IMG/VR virus record: IMGVR_UViG_3300006802_013268
Strand: one strand, 5' to 3'
Source: an uncultured virus (IMG/VR IMGVR_UViG_3300006802_013268)
Taxonomy: Duplodnaviria > Heunggongvirae > Uroviricota > Caudoviricetes
Length of the DNA: 64,000 bases
The notes under the pieces are model-generated. The model searched no databases. It was given only the letters and a program-made list of their open reading frames with translations, and was not told the DNA's origin. This document shows positions 44,609 through 55,173 of this stretch, one piece after another (position 1 is the stretch's first letter; every line of letters begins with the position of its first letter). Position numbers and translations under genes: made by a program.

Positions 44609-45413
44609 ATATGTTTCTAGATAATTGTGTTCTTAATAATGCAGCACCACCATCAAAATGATGCCATGGAATGTTAGTTTCTAATTGGAATGCCTGGTAC
44701 CATCCATAATCTGCTGCTAGCAATTTTTTAGTTTTGTGAAGTTCATTTATATAATCAACATCCCATCTTCTTCTTGGATGGAACGTGAGTCCATAGTCGT
44801 ACATCCAAAACTCAGGAAATTTCGCTAGAAGCCATTCACCATTACTTGCTTCCTGTAGATCAAAAGGATAATTCCAATGTCCTCCTAAACTGATTTTATC
44901 TATATCTCTATATGTTTCCCTGTCAGGGTAGACCCATCTGTTAGCAACTGTAACAACTGATTGTTCTCTAAAAGAAAATTTAGCAATCCGAGCGAGGTTT
45001 AAATTTCTTCCTATAACTGAATCCCATCGCATTCTAACAACTGTTGCTTTTGATGGTATTTCAAGATCACGCATCAAATAATTATGCATCAGTATCTGTT
45101 TGGTTTGATGTTTATGTCTGTTTACTCGGGTTTCGTCTGTATCTAAAACTCTTCTTTGGTATCTTGGAGTTTTTACTGCATGAGGATTGTCTTTATATGG
45201 ACTGTAATCGACAATTGGTTCTTCATAATATATCACATTTTTTGCTTCGCTAAACACATAATTGCGAATTGGACTACTTGTCCATGTGGTGTACAAGAAC
45301 TCAACTGGTTCTGTTGATTTGTCAAATGCTTTCTTTACCCTGTCAACTGACTTTTGAGTATATCGAGCAAATTGTGATCTGAATTGTCCCTCAAAACAAA
45401 CAACAGTTTTCAT
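44598..45413 (-). CDS. Hypothetical, putative glycan-synthesis protein
   Basis: VCFEGQFR, YTTW, VVRMRWD. Confidence 0.55.
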   Translation of the reverse strand: MKTVVCFEGQFRSQFARYTQKSVDRVKKAFDKSTEPVEFLYTTWTSSPIRNYVFSEAKNVIYYEEPIVDYSPYKDNPHAVKTPRYQRRVLDTDETRVNRHKHQTKQILMHNYLMRDLEIPSKATVVRMRWDSVIGRNLNLARIAKFSFREQSVVTVANRWVYPDRETYRDIDKISLGGHWNYPFDLQEASNGEWLLAKFPEFWMYDYGLTFHPRRRWDVDYINELHKTKKLLAADYGWYQAFQLETNIPWHHFDGGAALLRTQLSRNIFDE

Positions 45414-46051
45414 CTAATCAGTTCGTATTGATCGTTCCATGAGTGTTTAGCCAGACACCCTCGTGTTCTCTGAATTGTTGAGAAATTGTCTCTTGCCTCA
45501 ACTGGCCATGGATAAAATTCTTGCAACCATGAGAAATTGGCTGTACAAAGAAACACATCAGTTGGTGCGGCAGATGTCTTTGCTTTTTCTATTAACAACC
45601 GCGCACCGCTTGGTTTCATCCTGTATGCATGCGCTCCAGGAAAATAACGTTTAGAAGTTAATGGACCAGGACCAAAGAAGTTTGGCGTATTGAATTTGCC
45701 ATAACTTGGTTTCCCCAAAGAAATGACTTTGTCATATGACATTAACATAGGAACTGTGCCAACTGCAACTGCATCGTGTTCAAATATCATGTATTCTTCA
45801 TTGTCTTCTGCGCACATTTCCCAGAGAGTGTGGTGACTCAAGAATGCAGATACGCATGACTCAAGATATGAGTATTCCTCTTGGAATTTCTCGATGGGGA
45901 TTTTTTTATCCATCATCATCTTAAATGGATCATCTTTTGGTGTTATTGCATCAAACATCTGTATGTTATGTTCGGGCATTGAGTCAATGCAACGTTTCGC
46001 TGCATTGAATGATCGGTCGATTGCTTTGATTGTTATTACAAAAGATTTCAT
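45410..46051 (-). CDS. GT25 family glycosyltransferase
   Basis: FDAI, AFLSHHTLW, IFEHDA, GAHAY. Confidence 0.82.
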   Translation of the reverse strand: MKSFVITIKAIDRSFNAAKRCIDSMPEHNIQMFDAITPKDDPFKMMMDKKIPIEKFQEEYSYLESCVSAFLSHHTLWEMCAEDNEEYMIFEHDAVAVGTVPMLMSYDKVISLGKPSYGKFNTPNFFGPGPLTSKRYFPGAHAYRMKPSGARLLIEKAKTSAAPTDVFLCTANFSWLQEFYPWPVEARDNFSTIQRTRGCLAKHSWNDQYELIR

Positions 46052-46770
46052 AGTGTTGTCGTTGATATTGCTGGTTGTACTCGTGTTACATTTGGCCAGA
46101 GAATACCCAGTTGTCCAGGCATCAATTGTTTACACATTAAAGCATCATTTGGCCAAGCACCATACTCTTTGGCCAGTGATATTAATTTTCTAGCACCTGC
46201 TGGTTTGATATAATATGCTGAGTTTCCTGGCAATCCAGCTGGATGCCTCTTATCCTCATTGACATATGGAATGTCATACACTTTTGGTGGTGAGGCAGCA
46301 GGTGTGCCCTGTTTGATTTGATGTCTTATCTCGCGTGCATATATGTCTGCTTTTGGAGTGGCACCTGGTTGTGGGCGATTCAATGCAATTACTGTCTTGT
46401 CGCTCTTTTCTAACACATCAAGCGGGACTCTCCTCTCAAAATGTGCATCGTGTTCTAGGATAATAAAATCCTCATCAGTTTCAGCACATTCTTTCCAGAG
46501 AAAATAGTGTGAGAGAAAACATGCGATTCGTTTCTCTCGTACATTTGTCGCATATCCTGTTTTGATGAGTCCACTTTGTATGTCTACAATTTGCCGACCA
46601 TCCCAAGGATAATTCCACTTCAATCCCTCTTCAGTCAAAGTTCTCATAGCAGCACTCTGCGTGAATGCAGAGTATTTTGTTACATGTATATCTTTTGCTG
46701 ATTGTATACAATGCTCTGCTGCTGCTTCTGATGGTCCATAATATTTTAATGTAATTACTTTCGCTTTCAT
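46048..46770 (-). CDS. GT25 family glycosyltransferase
   Basis: ACFLSHYFLW, ILEHDA, SAYYIKP.GARKLI. Confidence 0.85.
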   Translation of the reverse strand: MKAKVITLKYYGPSEAAAEHCIQSAKDIHVTKYSAFTQSAAMRTLTEEGLKWNYPWDGRQIVDIQSGLIKTGYATNVREKRIACFLSHYFLWKECAETDEDFIILEHDAHFERRVPLDVLEKSDKTVIALNRPQPGATPKADIYAREIRHQIKQGTPAASPPKVYDIPYVNEDKRHPAGLPGNSAYYIKPAGARKLISLAKEYGAWPNDALMCKQLMPGQLGILWPNVTRVQPAISTTTL

Positions 46771-47351
46771 GTGTTTAATGTATTTTGCAGTACCGTGTAT
46801 CCTACGTTTGCTTTCTCTCGGAATTTAATAACCCAAGGTGTTATTCCTGAACAGAATTGTTCAGCAACTTGATATAATCTCTCATCTGGTCTACCAAACA
46901 ATCGAGAGGTGTCATGCAACACAATGTATTTTTGAACAGTTTTGGCATGTAATTGTAACTCCGCTACTAAATGATGTGGTTGATGGTTGCTGTCAATTAA
47001 TAATAAGTCAGTGAGTCCAGCAGATTCTTGGTCAACAGAAGACATTTCCTTTGCTTTAAATTCTATATTATTCTCTTCGCAATAGTCAAGGAATATCTGC
47101 TCAAATGGACGCCAGCGGTGCAAGTCAATGTCTATCAGTGTGACTTTCTTTGGATTGGTAAGACAGGCAGCAGCAGCGCTCGCTCCTTGATGTGTACCAA
47201 GTTCTTTATATGTATCACATTCTTTCATGAGTTTTTGCATGGCATCGTGCTGCCAGCAATAATCATGTCCGTGCGCTTCTTCGTGTTGTTTGCGTATCTC
47301 AGTATAAAACTCAGGTAGAGTTTTTACATGGTCTAGTTTTGCATTAATCAT
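46767..47351 (-). CDS. Class I SAM methyltransferase (Methyltransf_24-like)
   Basis: ELGTHQGAS, DLLLIDSNH, YIVLHDT. Confidence 0.78.
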   Translation of the reverse strand: MINAKLDHVKTLPEFYTEIRKQHEEAHGHDYCWQHDAMQKLMKECDTYKELGTHQGASAAAACLTNPKKVTLIDIDLHRWRPFEQIFLDYCEENNIEFKAKEMSSVDQESAGLTDLLLIDSNHQPHHLVAELQLHAKTVQKYIVLHDTSRLFGRPDERLYQVAEQFCSGITPWVIKFREKANVGYTVLQNTLNT

Positions 47352-47919
47352 CTAAATCGCTCTCCTTAATTACACAAACCAAAACTTTTGCAGTTTTACT
47401 TCCATGAAATCTATCAATAATCTCAAAACCGTTCTTTTGTAACAATTCAATGACTTCAGATTCTGTTGCATCTAAACAATCTGCTGGTTCACAGACACTA
47501 TCTTTTTCACTATATTCTAAATATAGTCTTCCTGATTTGCTCAGCTGATCTTTCCAAGTTTGTATCGTTTTTTCTGGCACGTTCGAGTGATCAAATGCAT
47601 TAGAATAAACAATATCTGCCTTTCCTATCCATTCTTCTTTTGGAATAGAAAAATCGTGTTGAACAGTCATTTCGAACGTTTCAGCATTATCACTAATTTC
47701 TGTTCCTATAATTTCTGCGTTCGGAAGATGTTTTTTAAAAAATTTTTGTTCCGAACCATTTCTTGTGCCATGACAGATTACAAATTTACAATCGGGATTG
47801 TCTTCACAAATCCTTCTTATCTTTTCTGGATTTGCATACACCCATTTGATTTTACTTTTATTGGTCTTTGTTTGTGCTTTGACATATTCTTCGTAAGATT
47901 CGTGTTTATAAATTTTCAT
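47344..47919 (-). CDS. Putative SAM-dependent methyltransferase
   Basis: CHGTRNG, GTEIS, DIVYSNAFDH, L..SGRLYL. Confidence 0.7.
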   Translation of the reverse strand: MKIYKHESYEEYVKAQTKTNKSKIKWVYANPEKIRRICEDNPDCKFVICHGTRNGSEQKFFKKHLPNAEIIGTEISDNAETFEMTVQHDFSIPKEEWIGKADIVYSNAFDHSNVPEKTIQTWKDQLSKSGRLYLEYSEKDSVCEPADCLDATESEVIELLQKNGFEIIDRFHGSKTAKVLVCVIKESDLDD

Positions 47920-48604
47920 TAAATATCTCCCTGACAGGATCCATGTCTATTTTTCCTGGATCAATGTATGTTGGTGTTTTCCCTGATTCAGATATTGGTG
48001 GATCATCAATTCCAACAGAAGCAAAGTAGTCATAAAATTTTGTATCATCACCCCACAACTTTCCCCACTTGACCCAAGCAGCAGGTATGCCATAAGCATG
48101 CGCTGCAATAATACCATGAAGACTGCTAGAGATAATGTACTCGCAAGATGAAATTTCTTTTGCTACTCGTATTGGATCTCCAACAACATCTATCACTTTG
48201 TATTCAGGATAACAATGTTTTATTATGCCATAATCTGAATAGTGCGGAACAACACCTATCTTATATTTCTTTTCTTCTGCTGGACAGAAGTCAGGAAGCA
48301 GAAGCGCAGCATCACCATATATCTCTGGGCAACTACCACCATTGTCCAGCACTTGTTGTCTTGTTAGTGGTCCTCTCACAAATTTCCAAATGACTTTGGG
48401 ATTTAATGTTTCGTTCTTTCTAATACATCCAGAACCATACACTTTCTGACCAGCGAGAGCAAGTCGAGCGATTGATCCAATTACAATTGCCTCTGCTCTG
48501 TTGACGTCATCGACATATTCATATTTTATGTTGAAGTGTTCCAGCAATTTTGGTGTTAAAACATCACCAAAGTTTTCTGGTTCACGCCACCATTTTACTT
48601 TCAC
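47906..48604 (-). CDS. Polysaccharide pyruvyl transferase family protein
   Basis: NFGD, IGSI, GSG, VRGPLT, GDAALL, ISSSLHGIIAAHAYGIP; probable GTG start at 48604. Confidence 0.88.
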   Translation of the reverse strand: MKVKWWREPENFGDVLTPKLLEHFNIKYEYVDDVNRAEAIVIGSIARLALAGQKVYGSGCIRKNETLNPKVIWKFVRGPLTRQQVLDNGGSCPEIYGDAALLLPDFCPAEEKKYKIGVVPHYSDYGIIKHCYPEYKVIDVVGDPIRVAKEISSCEYIISSSLHGIIAAHAYGIPAAWVKWGKLWGDDTKFYDYFASVGIDDPPISESGKTPTYIDPGKIDMDPVREIFNENL

Positions 48605-49383
48605 TTCCACAAACTCACAGGCATGTTTACTTTCTCCCAGAGTTGTTGAGCATCCCAATCATTTGATCCAGATAATTGCATGTGAACAAGGCATTTCCTT
48701 CCCTTTCGCTCATCATTGATCCCAGGTTTGTCTCCTCGTATGTAATGTATCTGAGCATTAAATCTATTATCAATTATCGTAGGTTCAATTGTACCATTAA
48801 ATAAATTACAATTCAAGTAGTTCTGGTCTAATTGATAAAATCTTCCTAATCCTGCTCTTGCTACTGTGTTTACATAATCAGCAAACGGAATGAACTTTTC
48901 CCTACATTTACGCAATCCTGCATTTGTGTAAAGAACAACACCAGAGTTAAATATCCTGTGCCTTCCTTTACTGTCTCTTGGCAATTTTAGTGGTGTCAAC
49001 TGCTGTAGGCATTGTTCCCACAACTCATCATTTTTTGCGTTGATACAACCACCAACTGTCATTGTCTCGCGTATCCATGGTTGTAGCATTTCTTCACAGA
49101 TACCAACATATTCTACTTGTTCGTCAAATATATTGTCTTCAAATCCATCCATCGCAAATACATCCATGTCAAGATACAGGACATTGTCATATTCTAAAAA
49201 CATATCATCATAGACTGGACGAAACGCATCATAATAGGCACCATGTGTTTTAGACCAGTTAGCATTCTCTGCGAAATAATATTCTGCTCCTATCTTAGCA
49301 GCATATTTCTCCATTGTTTTTTTGCTTTCTTTTGCGCAATTATTTACTCTTCCGTTCCAGTACTGAAAGATGAGATTTTTCAT
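48601..49383 (-). CDS. Glycosyltransferase (GT8/GT34-like)
   Basis: YDNVLYLDMD, FNSGVV, DQNYLN. Confidence 0.78.
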   Translation of the reverse strand: MKNLIFQYWNGRVNNCAKESKKTMEKYAAKIGAEYYFAENANWSKTHGAYYDAFRPVYDDMFLEYDNVLYLDMDVFAMDGFEDNIFDEQVEYVGICEEMLQPWIRETMTVGGCINAKNDELWEQCLQQLTPLKLPRDSKGRHRIFNSGVVLYTNAGLRKCREKFIPFADYVNTVARAGLGRFYQLDQNYLNCNLFNGTIEPTIIDNRFNAQIHYIRGDKPGINDERKGRKCLVHMQLSGSNDWDAQQLWEKVNMPVSLWK

Positions 49384-50054
49384 ATCAGGTTTCTCTCAAC
49401 TAAACTTCTGTAATTCTCAATTTTTGGTCTCTTGTTTCCAGTCATAGTTGTTTTAGTTCGTATGTGTATCATTGCAGCATTTTCGATTCCAGGTCTGTAA
49501 CTACAATGACACCATTTATAATTACCTGGTAGAACTGTCTCTTCATTTATTTTCATACCAGCATAAAATGCTAAGACAGACATGATGCCTTCATCCACCA
49601 GATAATTATTGAATTCCTGCATCTTGTTCTCTATCTGAGGAATTTGTTTTCTGAGCGCAATTCTCTGGTCGCGATTCAGTCTGTATATTGCGCCACCCCA
49701 ATAGGGTGATGACATCGATGTCATCATTGGATATTTGCGGTGTAGACCAGCGTGTAAATTTTGCTGTATGTCGCAATACATCCCAACTCCAGAAATATCA
49801 GTAATCACATTCTCATTCATACCTTTGCGAACAAACATATCAATGTCAACCATTACGACATAATCATACTCATCATATTTCTCATCTAACATCACGAGTT
49901 TTTGAATCTGCGGTGCTAGATTTGGTCTGAATTTATTTCCAAGGACTAACTCATACTCTGCACCTATTTTGTTAGCATATGCAGATATGTTCTCGCTAGA
50001 CAATATCTCTAGTTCTCCAAGATCTCCAGTGTAGTGTTGTAATAGAATATCCAT
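49380..50054 (-). CDS. Glycosyltransferase (GT34-like)
   Basis: Probable start MDILLQHY at 50054; YANKIGAEY, YDYVVMVDIDMF. Confidence 0.7.
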   Translation of the reverse strand: MDILLQHYTGDLGELEILSSENISAYANKIGAEYELVLGNKFRPNLAPQIQKLVMLDEKYDEYDYVVMVDIDMFVRKGMNENVITDISGVGMYCDIQQNLHAGLHRKYPMMTSMSSPYWGGAIYRLNRDQRIALRKQIPQIENKMQEFNNYLVDEGIMSVLAFYAGMKINEETVLPGNYKWCHCSYRPGIENAAMIHIRTKTTMTGNKRPKIENYRSLVERNLI

Positions 50055-51400
50055 TAATGTTCCTTTATAAATCTTTCCAAATCTTCCGGAGTTCCAAGTC
50101 CCCACATTCCATGAACACAATGCACTCGGATTTTCTTACCATCTTTGATTGCGTGATTGAATACAGGGCAAACATAGAACTCGTTGTTGACTCGGACATT
50201 ATCTTCAATCATTTGCTCTGCATATTTCACAAAATCAGAACCATGCTTCCAATAATAAAATCCGACAGTTGCACAATCACTGATCGGATTCTTTTCCGCA
50301 ACCTCAGTGACCAATCCAGTTTTTGGGTCGACTTTGGCAAATGACCACTTAGGATGCGTCGATTTAAATATCACAATTCCACCATCAGCATCTGACTCTT
50401 GCATATCATACATGAAATCAACAGGATTCCATTCAACAAACTGATCGCTGTTAGCAAAAAACAACGGATTATCGTTGTCAATGTATTCCTTCGCGAGCAA
50501 TGCAGTACATGCTGCTCCTTCAGTTACACCATTTGTTTCAACGATTTTACATCCAGGTTCGATTAGAGGAAGCATGTTGTCTAGATGGAATTGTTCGCGA
50601 TGTTTTTTCTGGCAGACAAAAATGTAATTTGCATCAAGACCAATGTTCTCAACAACTACCTGTATCATTGGTTTGCCGTTCACGTCAATCAGAGGTTTTG
50701 GGAATACATAACCTGCGTCTTTGAATCTTGATCCTGCCCCTGCCATTGGAATGAGTACATTCAATTTTTCATCACTCCAGATGTTTTTGACGTTCTTCCC
50801 TTGTAGTCTTGGCACAATGTTTTCAATCGTAACTTCTTTTGTGTTTTCTACCCTGATGTAATTTGCCCTAGAACGTTCCGCTGCTTTTAACCCAACAGGA
50901 CTGTCTTCAACAATAATCGTTTCTTCAGGCAAGACACTCATCATTGACATTGCCTTCCAATATATTTCAGGATGAGGTTTTGCGTTCTTAACATCTTCGT
51001 TTGACAATATAACAGAGCAATATTCTATCAATCCGGACTTAGATAGTGCAGTTAATAAAGTCCTACGAATACTGTTAGAACAAACACCAATTAGATATCC
51101 TTTGCTTTCCATATATCTAAACAGATTTATTGCAGGTTGATTTAAAGATATGTCATTCATCATCTCAACAGTTTTCTGCTGTTTTGTTGTGAATATCTGT
51201 TCGTGTAATTCAACTGGGAGATTTTTGTTCTCTGTTAGCAGTTTCAATTTGTCACGTGTCTTTTTACCATCATAAATGTTGCGATGTTCTTCTCTGGTAA
51301 TTTTATATCCATAAGGCAAAGCAGAATTTAATGCTTCATAATGAATTTCTTTGGCATCTACCAACACGCCATCCAAGTCAAATAACACAAGTTTTATCAT
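50054..51400 (-). CDS. HAD phosphatase fused to sugar-phosphate nucleotidyltransferase
   Basis: FDLDGVL, KPHPEIY, VEDS then IPMAGAGSRF..PKPLI, NSDQ, EK, NNEFYV, LGTPEDL. Confidence 0.9.
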   Translation of the reverse strand: MIKLVLFDLDGVLVDAKEIHYEALNSALPYGYKITREEHRNIYDGKKTRDKLKLLTENKNLPVELHEQIFTTKQQKTVEMMNDISLNQPAINLFRYMESKGYLIGVCSNSIRRTLLTALSKSGLIEYCSVILSNEDVKNAKPHPEIYWKAMSMMSVLPEETIIVEDSPVGLKAAERSRANYIRVENTKEVTIENIVPRLQGKNVKNIWSDEKLNVLIPMAGAGSRFKDAGYVFPKPLIDVNGKPMIQVVVENIGLDANYIFVCQKKHREQFHLDNMLPLIEPGCKIVETNGVTEGAACTALLAKEYIDNDNPLFFANSDQFVEWNPVDFMYDMQESDADGGIVIFKSTHPKWSFAKVDPKTGLVTEVAEKNPISDCATVGFYYWKHGSDFVKYAEQMIEDNVRVNNEFYVCPVFNHAIKDGKKIRVHCVHGMWGLGTPEDLERFIKEH

Positions 51401-52068
51401 AAATCATATCTCGAATCATCATCAGTTCCGTGGTCAACTGTTGTTCCGTGAATACAGTCTGTGGGGTGTTGAGCGAGAAAACTGTATTCACCAACATTTG
51501 TACATATTCGATGTATTATGTCATCAACATTTAAGATTATATAATCCGGTATTATCTCTAGTGCTCTTTGTGCTGCATGTGGTGACATGTAATATCCGCC
51601 GCATGGGACTTTTCTCCAATAACTTGTTCCGTCTAATCTTACTTTCTTTTGCTGAGTAAAACAGACAATGTCCCATGGTCTAAAGTGTACTCTCCAATTA
51701 ATGGGTCTAACTGCCATGCAATCATGCTCACAAATAACTGCTGCTTCACCTCGATTGTATATGCCTACCCATTGATGATAGTGTGCATACCAACAGGCAA
51801 TTTCTGATGGAGTAAACTCCCTCCATTTTGTATACCGAAAAACAGGTGCTTTTGATCCAAACGGGAGATTATATCTTTTGTGCCAATCAGAAAGATCTTC
51901 TACTCGAGCTCCTTGTACACTTGATAATTGCAAATCAGGTGCATACTTTTGCCAAGTTGGTCTTGCCTCTTCATAATACTTACAAGATATTTCATTATCT
52001 TTGAGCACTATAAATTTGACTACGGGAGCTTTTGCTAAAACAAAAGCGGGAGTTACTTTTTCAATCAT
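51397..52068 (-). CDS. GT25 family glycosyltransferase
   Basis: SEIACWYAHYHQW, ICEHDC, GYYMSP. Confidence 0.75.
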   Translation of the reverse strand: MIEKVTPAFVLAKAPVVKFIVLKDNEISCKYYEEARPTWQKYAPDLQLSSVQGARVEDLSDWHKRYNLPFGSKAPVFRYTKWREFTPSEIACWYAHYHQWVGIYNRGEAAVICEHDCMAVRPINWRVHFRPWDIVCFTQQKKVRLDGTSYWRKVPCGGYYMSPHAAQRALEIIPDYIILNVDDIIHRICTNVGEYSFLAQHPTDCIHGTTVDHGTDDDSRYDL

Positions 52069-53246
52069 GCTACATCTAGTTTCGGGAAATATTTAATGTA
52101 TTTAGTTTCTCTATTTCCACGTATTTCTTCAACGTTCTTTTTGATCTCTTCAAAGAAATTCCAAGCAAGAGGAATAACAAATAAAGCATCATCAACATCT
52201 AGACTAGATTTATCCTTGATAATTATATTTGTCCCAGGAGTGTACAATCCTTGCTTGAGTGGGTTATCGTCAACAATCCAGTCAAGTTGTATGTCATTCG
52301 AGTTCAACAACGTCATTCCTTTGGCAGCAGCACCATAACCAACAACTTGATAACCTTCGCTTCTAATATGATCTACAAACAACTTGAGTGCGTTAATGAT
52401 TTTCTTAGCATTCTTACCAAAATTCATATAGAATTTTATGTCATGCCTTCCTTCAGAAATTTCTTTGTCTATAGTTTCTTGAACTGATGCATGTGCTTCT
52501 GACCCAGGGTGCTTCAGCGTGAACAAATAACTGTCGCCGTGAATGGATGTAATATCAATTCTGGTTAGAGTTAGTCCCGCTCGTTCTGTTAGAGTTTTCA
52601 TGCTGTTAGCGCAGAAGAAACTAATATGCTCGTGGTATGTCGTGTCAAACTCATTCCTCTGGTACATCTGACTCTGACTTGTTTGTATGTAACATGTACC
52701 ATCTGGTTTTAGATGATCTTTAACAGCGCGGAGAAAACCTAATGGATCCTCTGTATGAGCAAATACATTCTGCGCAGTTATCACATCAAACATAGGACCG
52801 CCATAATCACCACCCCACCAATCACGTTTGACATTATGTCCTTTATCTAATGCTGTTTGGGTTAAATTTTTAGCAGGATCGCATCCATATGTTTCCCAAC
52901 CAATTTTCTTAAAACTGTCCAACTGGGTGCCATCATTGCATCCAATGTCAAATACTTTACCAGTCTTTCCTTCTCTCTCAGCAATCATCACTGCTAAGTC
53001 ATCGCAATAATCGCGCATCGTTTGACTGGTGCCAGAAACATACAAATAAGTTTCAAACATCAACGCAGGGTTTACTGCCACAGGCAACTGAGTATGCCAG
53101 CAAGAAACGCAAACTCTCAGACCAAGAGGATATTTCTGCAACTCTTCTCCTGAGTGATAACTGTTTGCTAATGGTTGTTCATTCAAGTCTAAGAAAGGAA
53201 TCAATCCTCCCTCACCACAAGCAACACATTTAGTAAGATAATTCAT
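52065..53246 (-). CDS. NDP-sugar C-methyltransferase
   Basis: CxxC, QPLAN, Zn-binding CxxC, DIGCNDG, NVFAH, YHEH, HG, GYGAAAKG, VDDNPLKQG, LAWNF. Confidence 0.9.
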   Translation of the reverse strand: MNYLTKCVACGEGGLIPFLDLNEQPLANSYHSGEELQKYPLGLRVCVSCWHTQLPVAVNPALMFETYLYVSGTSQTMRDYCDDLAVMIAEREGKTGKVFDIGCNDGTQLDSFKKIGWETYGCDPAKNLTQTALDKGHNVKRDWWGGDYGGPMFDVITAQNVFAHTEDPLGFLRAVKDHLKPDGTCYIQTSQSQMYQRNEFDTTYHEHISFFCANSMKTLTERAGLTLTRIDITSIHGDSYLFTLKHPGSEAHASVQETIDKEISEGRHDIKFYMNFGKNAKKIINALKLFVDHIRSEGYQVVGYGAAAKGMTLLNSNDIQLDWIVDDNPLKQGLYTPGTNIIIKDKSSLDVDDALFVIPLAWNFFEEIKKNVEEIRGNRETKYIKYFPKLDVA

Positions 53247-53255
53247 AATATTTCC

Positions 53256-54188
53256 TCAATTATAATGACTGCGATACCACTTAACAAAATTGTCAACACC
53301 CTCTTCAATTGATGTTTTGGGGTTGTATCCAATTGCTTGAAGTTTTCGTGTGTCGCTCCATGTTTCAACTGCATCAGCAGGATGTTTAGGACCAAATCCT
53401 ACGATTGCTCTAATCCCAAGAGATGTCTCAATTGCCTCGACGAATCGTTTAAGTTCTACCTGTTCGCCTCTGCCAATGTTGTACATGTCGCGTGGGGTCA
53501 TATTATTAAATACACACTCGATACCATGCACAATATCATCGACATAGGTGAAGTCTCGTTTCATGTCACCATAATTATACAGTGTGATAGGATTGCCAGC
53601 AATTATATTTTTAGTGAAGTCAAACAGTGCCATGTCTGGTCTACCCCATGGTCCATACACAGTGAAGAAACGAAGACCAACTGCGTTTGGTATGTTTGAG
53701 ATATTAAACTGCGACTCGTTTATGTACTTGGTGTAACCATATGGATTGATCTGAGGATACAGGTACTCTGACTCATTCCAAGGTAATGGATTGCCGTGCA
53801 GCACACATGACGTAGATGCGAAGATTACATTCTCACACCCACTCTTCTCAAGTCCTTTGATTACATTTAAACTACCGATGCAGTTGTTAGTGATATATTG
53901 ATCAGCGTGTTCCATCGAATAGCGAACACCTGCCATCGCAGCAAGATGAATACAAAAATCTGGTTTCATCCTGTCTATTGCTGCAACAGTTGTGTCCTTA
54001 GTGATATCGTGGTTATAAACATCAATGTCGTACTCGTCTTCTAATATGTTAGCACGTTTTTCTTTCAAAGCAGGATCATAATATGAGTTGAAGTTGTCTA
54101 GTCCAACGACTTTATGTCCTAGTTTACTAAAATGTTTTGCAGTGTGGAATCCAATAAACCCTGCTGCGCCAGTGATTAGTATTTTCAT
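53256..54188 (-). CDS. NAD-dependent epimerase, UDP-glucuronate 4-epimerase-like
   Basis: GAAGFIG, HLAAMAGVRYS, YGYTK, LRFFTVYGPWGRPDMA, RDFTYVDD. Confidence 0.92.
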   Translation of the reverse strand: MKILITGAAGFIGFHTAKHFSKLGHKVVGLDNFNSYYDPALKEKRANILEDEYDIDVYNHDITKDTTVAAIDRMKPDFCIHLAAMAGVRYSMEHADQYITNNCIGSLNVIKGLEKSGCENVIFASTSCVLHGNPLPWNESEYLYPQINPYGYTKYINESQFNISNIPNAVGLRFFTVYGPWGRPDMALFDFTKNIIAGNPITLYNYGDMKRDFTYVDDIVHGIECVFNNMTPRDMYNIGRGEQVELKRFVEAIETSLGIRAIVGFGPKHPADAVETWSDTRKLQAIGYNPKTSIEEGVDNFVKWYRSHYN

Positions 54189-54559
54189 AATCGGTACATC
54201 ATCCCCGTTGTTATAACATCGCAATCGTTGTCTTCAATATATTTTTGTTTGTTTTGATTTTGATATTTAGATTTTTCTACAGAGAAGCATTGTTCGCAAG
54301 ATATTCCTTCCAAATGAGCAACTGAGTAAGAATGCCATTTTGGTGTGTAGCACTGATTTGGTTTTAAATTTATTAGATCTTCCATCACTCGATATGTTGG
54401 TATGGCATCATATGTGGTGAAAAAGATGTTCTCGAATTTAGCATCTTGAAAATTAGCAGAAAACAAAATCTCATACTTTGGATCGTCTTTATATTTCACA
54501 CACAAAGGCATCCAATAATTTTTGAGAGAATCATTTCCTTCTACAATTATGGTGATCAT
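54185..54559 (-). CDS. Hypothetical protein
   Basis: 124 aa, ATGA-coupled on both sides. Confidence 0.55.
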   Translation of the reverse strand: MITIIVEGNDSLKNYWMPLCVKYKDDPKYEILFSANFQDAKFENIFFTTYDAIPTYRVMEDLINLKPNQCYTPKWHSYSVAHLEGISCEQCFSVEKSKYQNQNKQKYIEDNDCDVITTGMMYRL

Positions 54560-55173
54560 GGTTTAAATGCCTCAACGCTGTATGTATGTGCCATTCTTAT
54601 CGTGTCTGGGTTTTCTAAACCTCTGAAATCAAATACAGAGCTTTGATGGTGCTCAACCTGTTTGGCATTAACAAATCCAATTTTTTGTAATTCATTAATC
54701 ATTTCGGAAACGTACCATAAATGTTTATGTTCGTTTTTCTGACTTAACAATCCTAAAGCCACTTGCTCTTGTTTTCTTTTTCTAGAAAGATTTTGATACT
54801 TACAAGGAAAATAGTCATTTTTATTTGCGACATATCTCTCATGATATTTAACTACAAATGAATTTTGTTCAAGATCTTCTCTGCTGACCAACCAATCTAT
54901 TACATCTCCTGCTGGCCATGCTGTTCTTAATATGCCACCAGGTTTTAATATTCTATATGCCTCTTTGAATAGATTTATTCCCTGATATCTGTACAAATGT
55001 TCAATAATGTGTTCAGAATAAATTCCATCATATGTTTCATCGGTTACAAATGGAATTGGTAAATCTGTTATATCATAACTTCTTATGCCTGGAAGGTTGT
55101 ATTTGTTAGCAATATTGATAACATCCCAATTTAAATTTCTTTGCCTGTCACCACCTATTTCTAAATATCTCAT
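54556..55173 (-). CDS. Class I SAM methyltransferase
   Basis: LEIGG, IYSEHIIEHL, YRILKPGG. Confidence 0.83.
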   Translation of the reverse strand: MRYLEIGGDRQRNLNWDVINIANKYNLPGIRSYDITDLPIPFVTDETYDGIYSEHIIEHLYRYQGINLFKEAYRILKPGGILRTAWPAGDVIDWLVSREDLEQNSFVVKYHERYVANKNDYFPCKYQNLSRKRKQEQVALGLLSQKNEHKHLWYVSEMINELQKIGFVNAKQVEHHQSSVFDFRGLENPDTIRMAHTYSVEAFKP

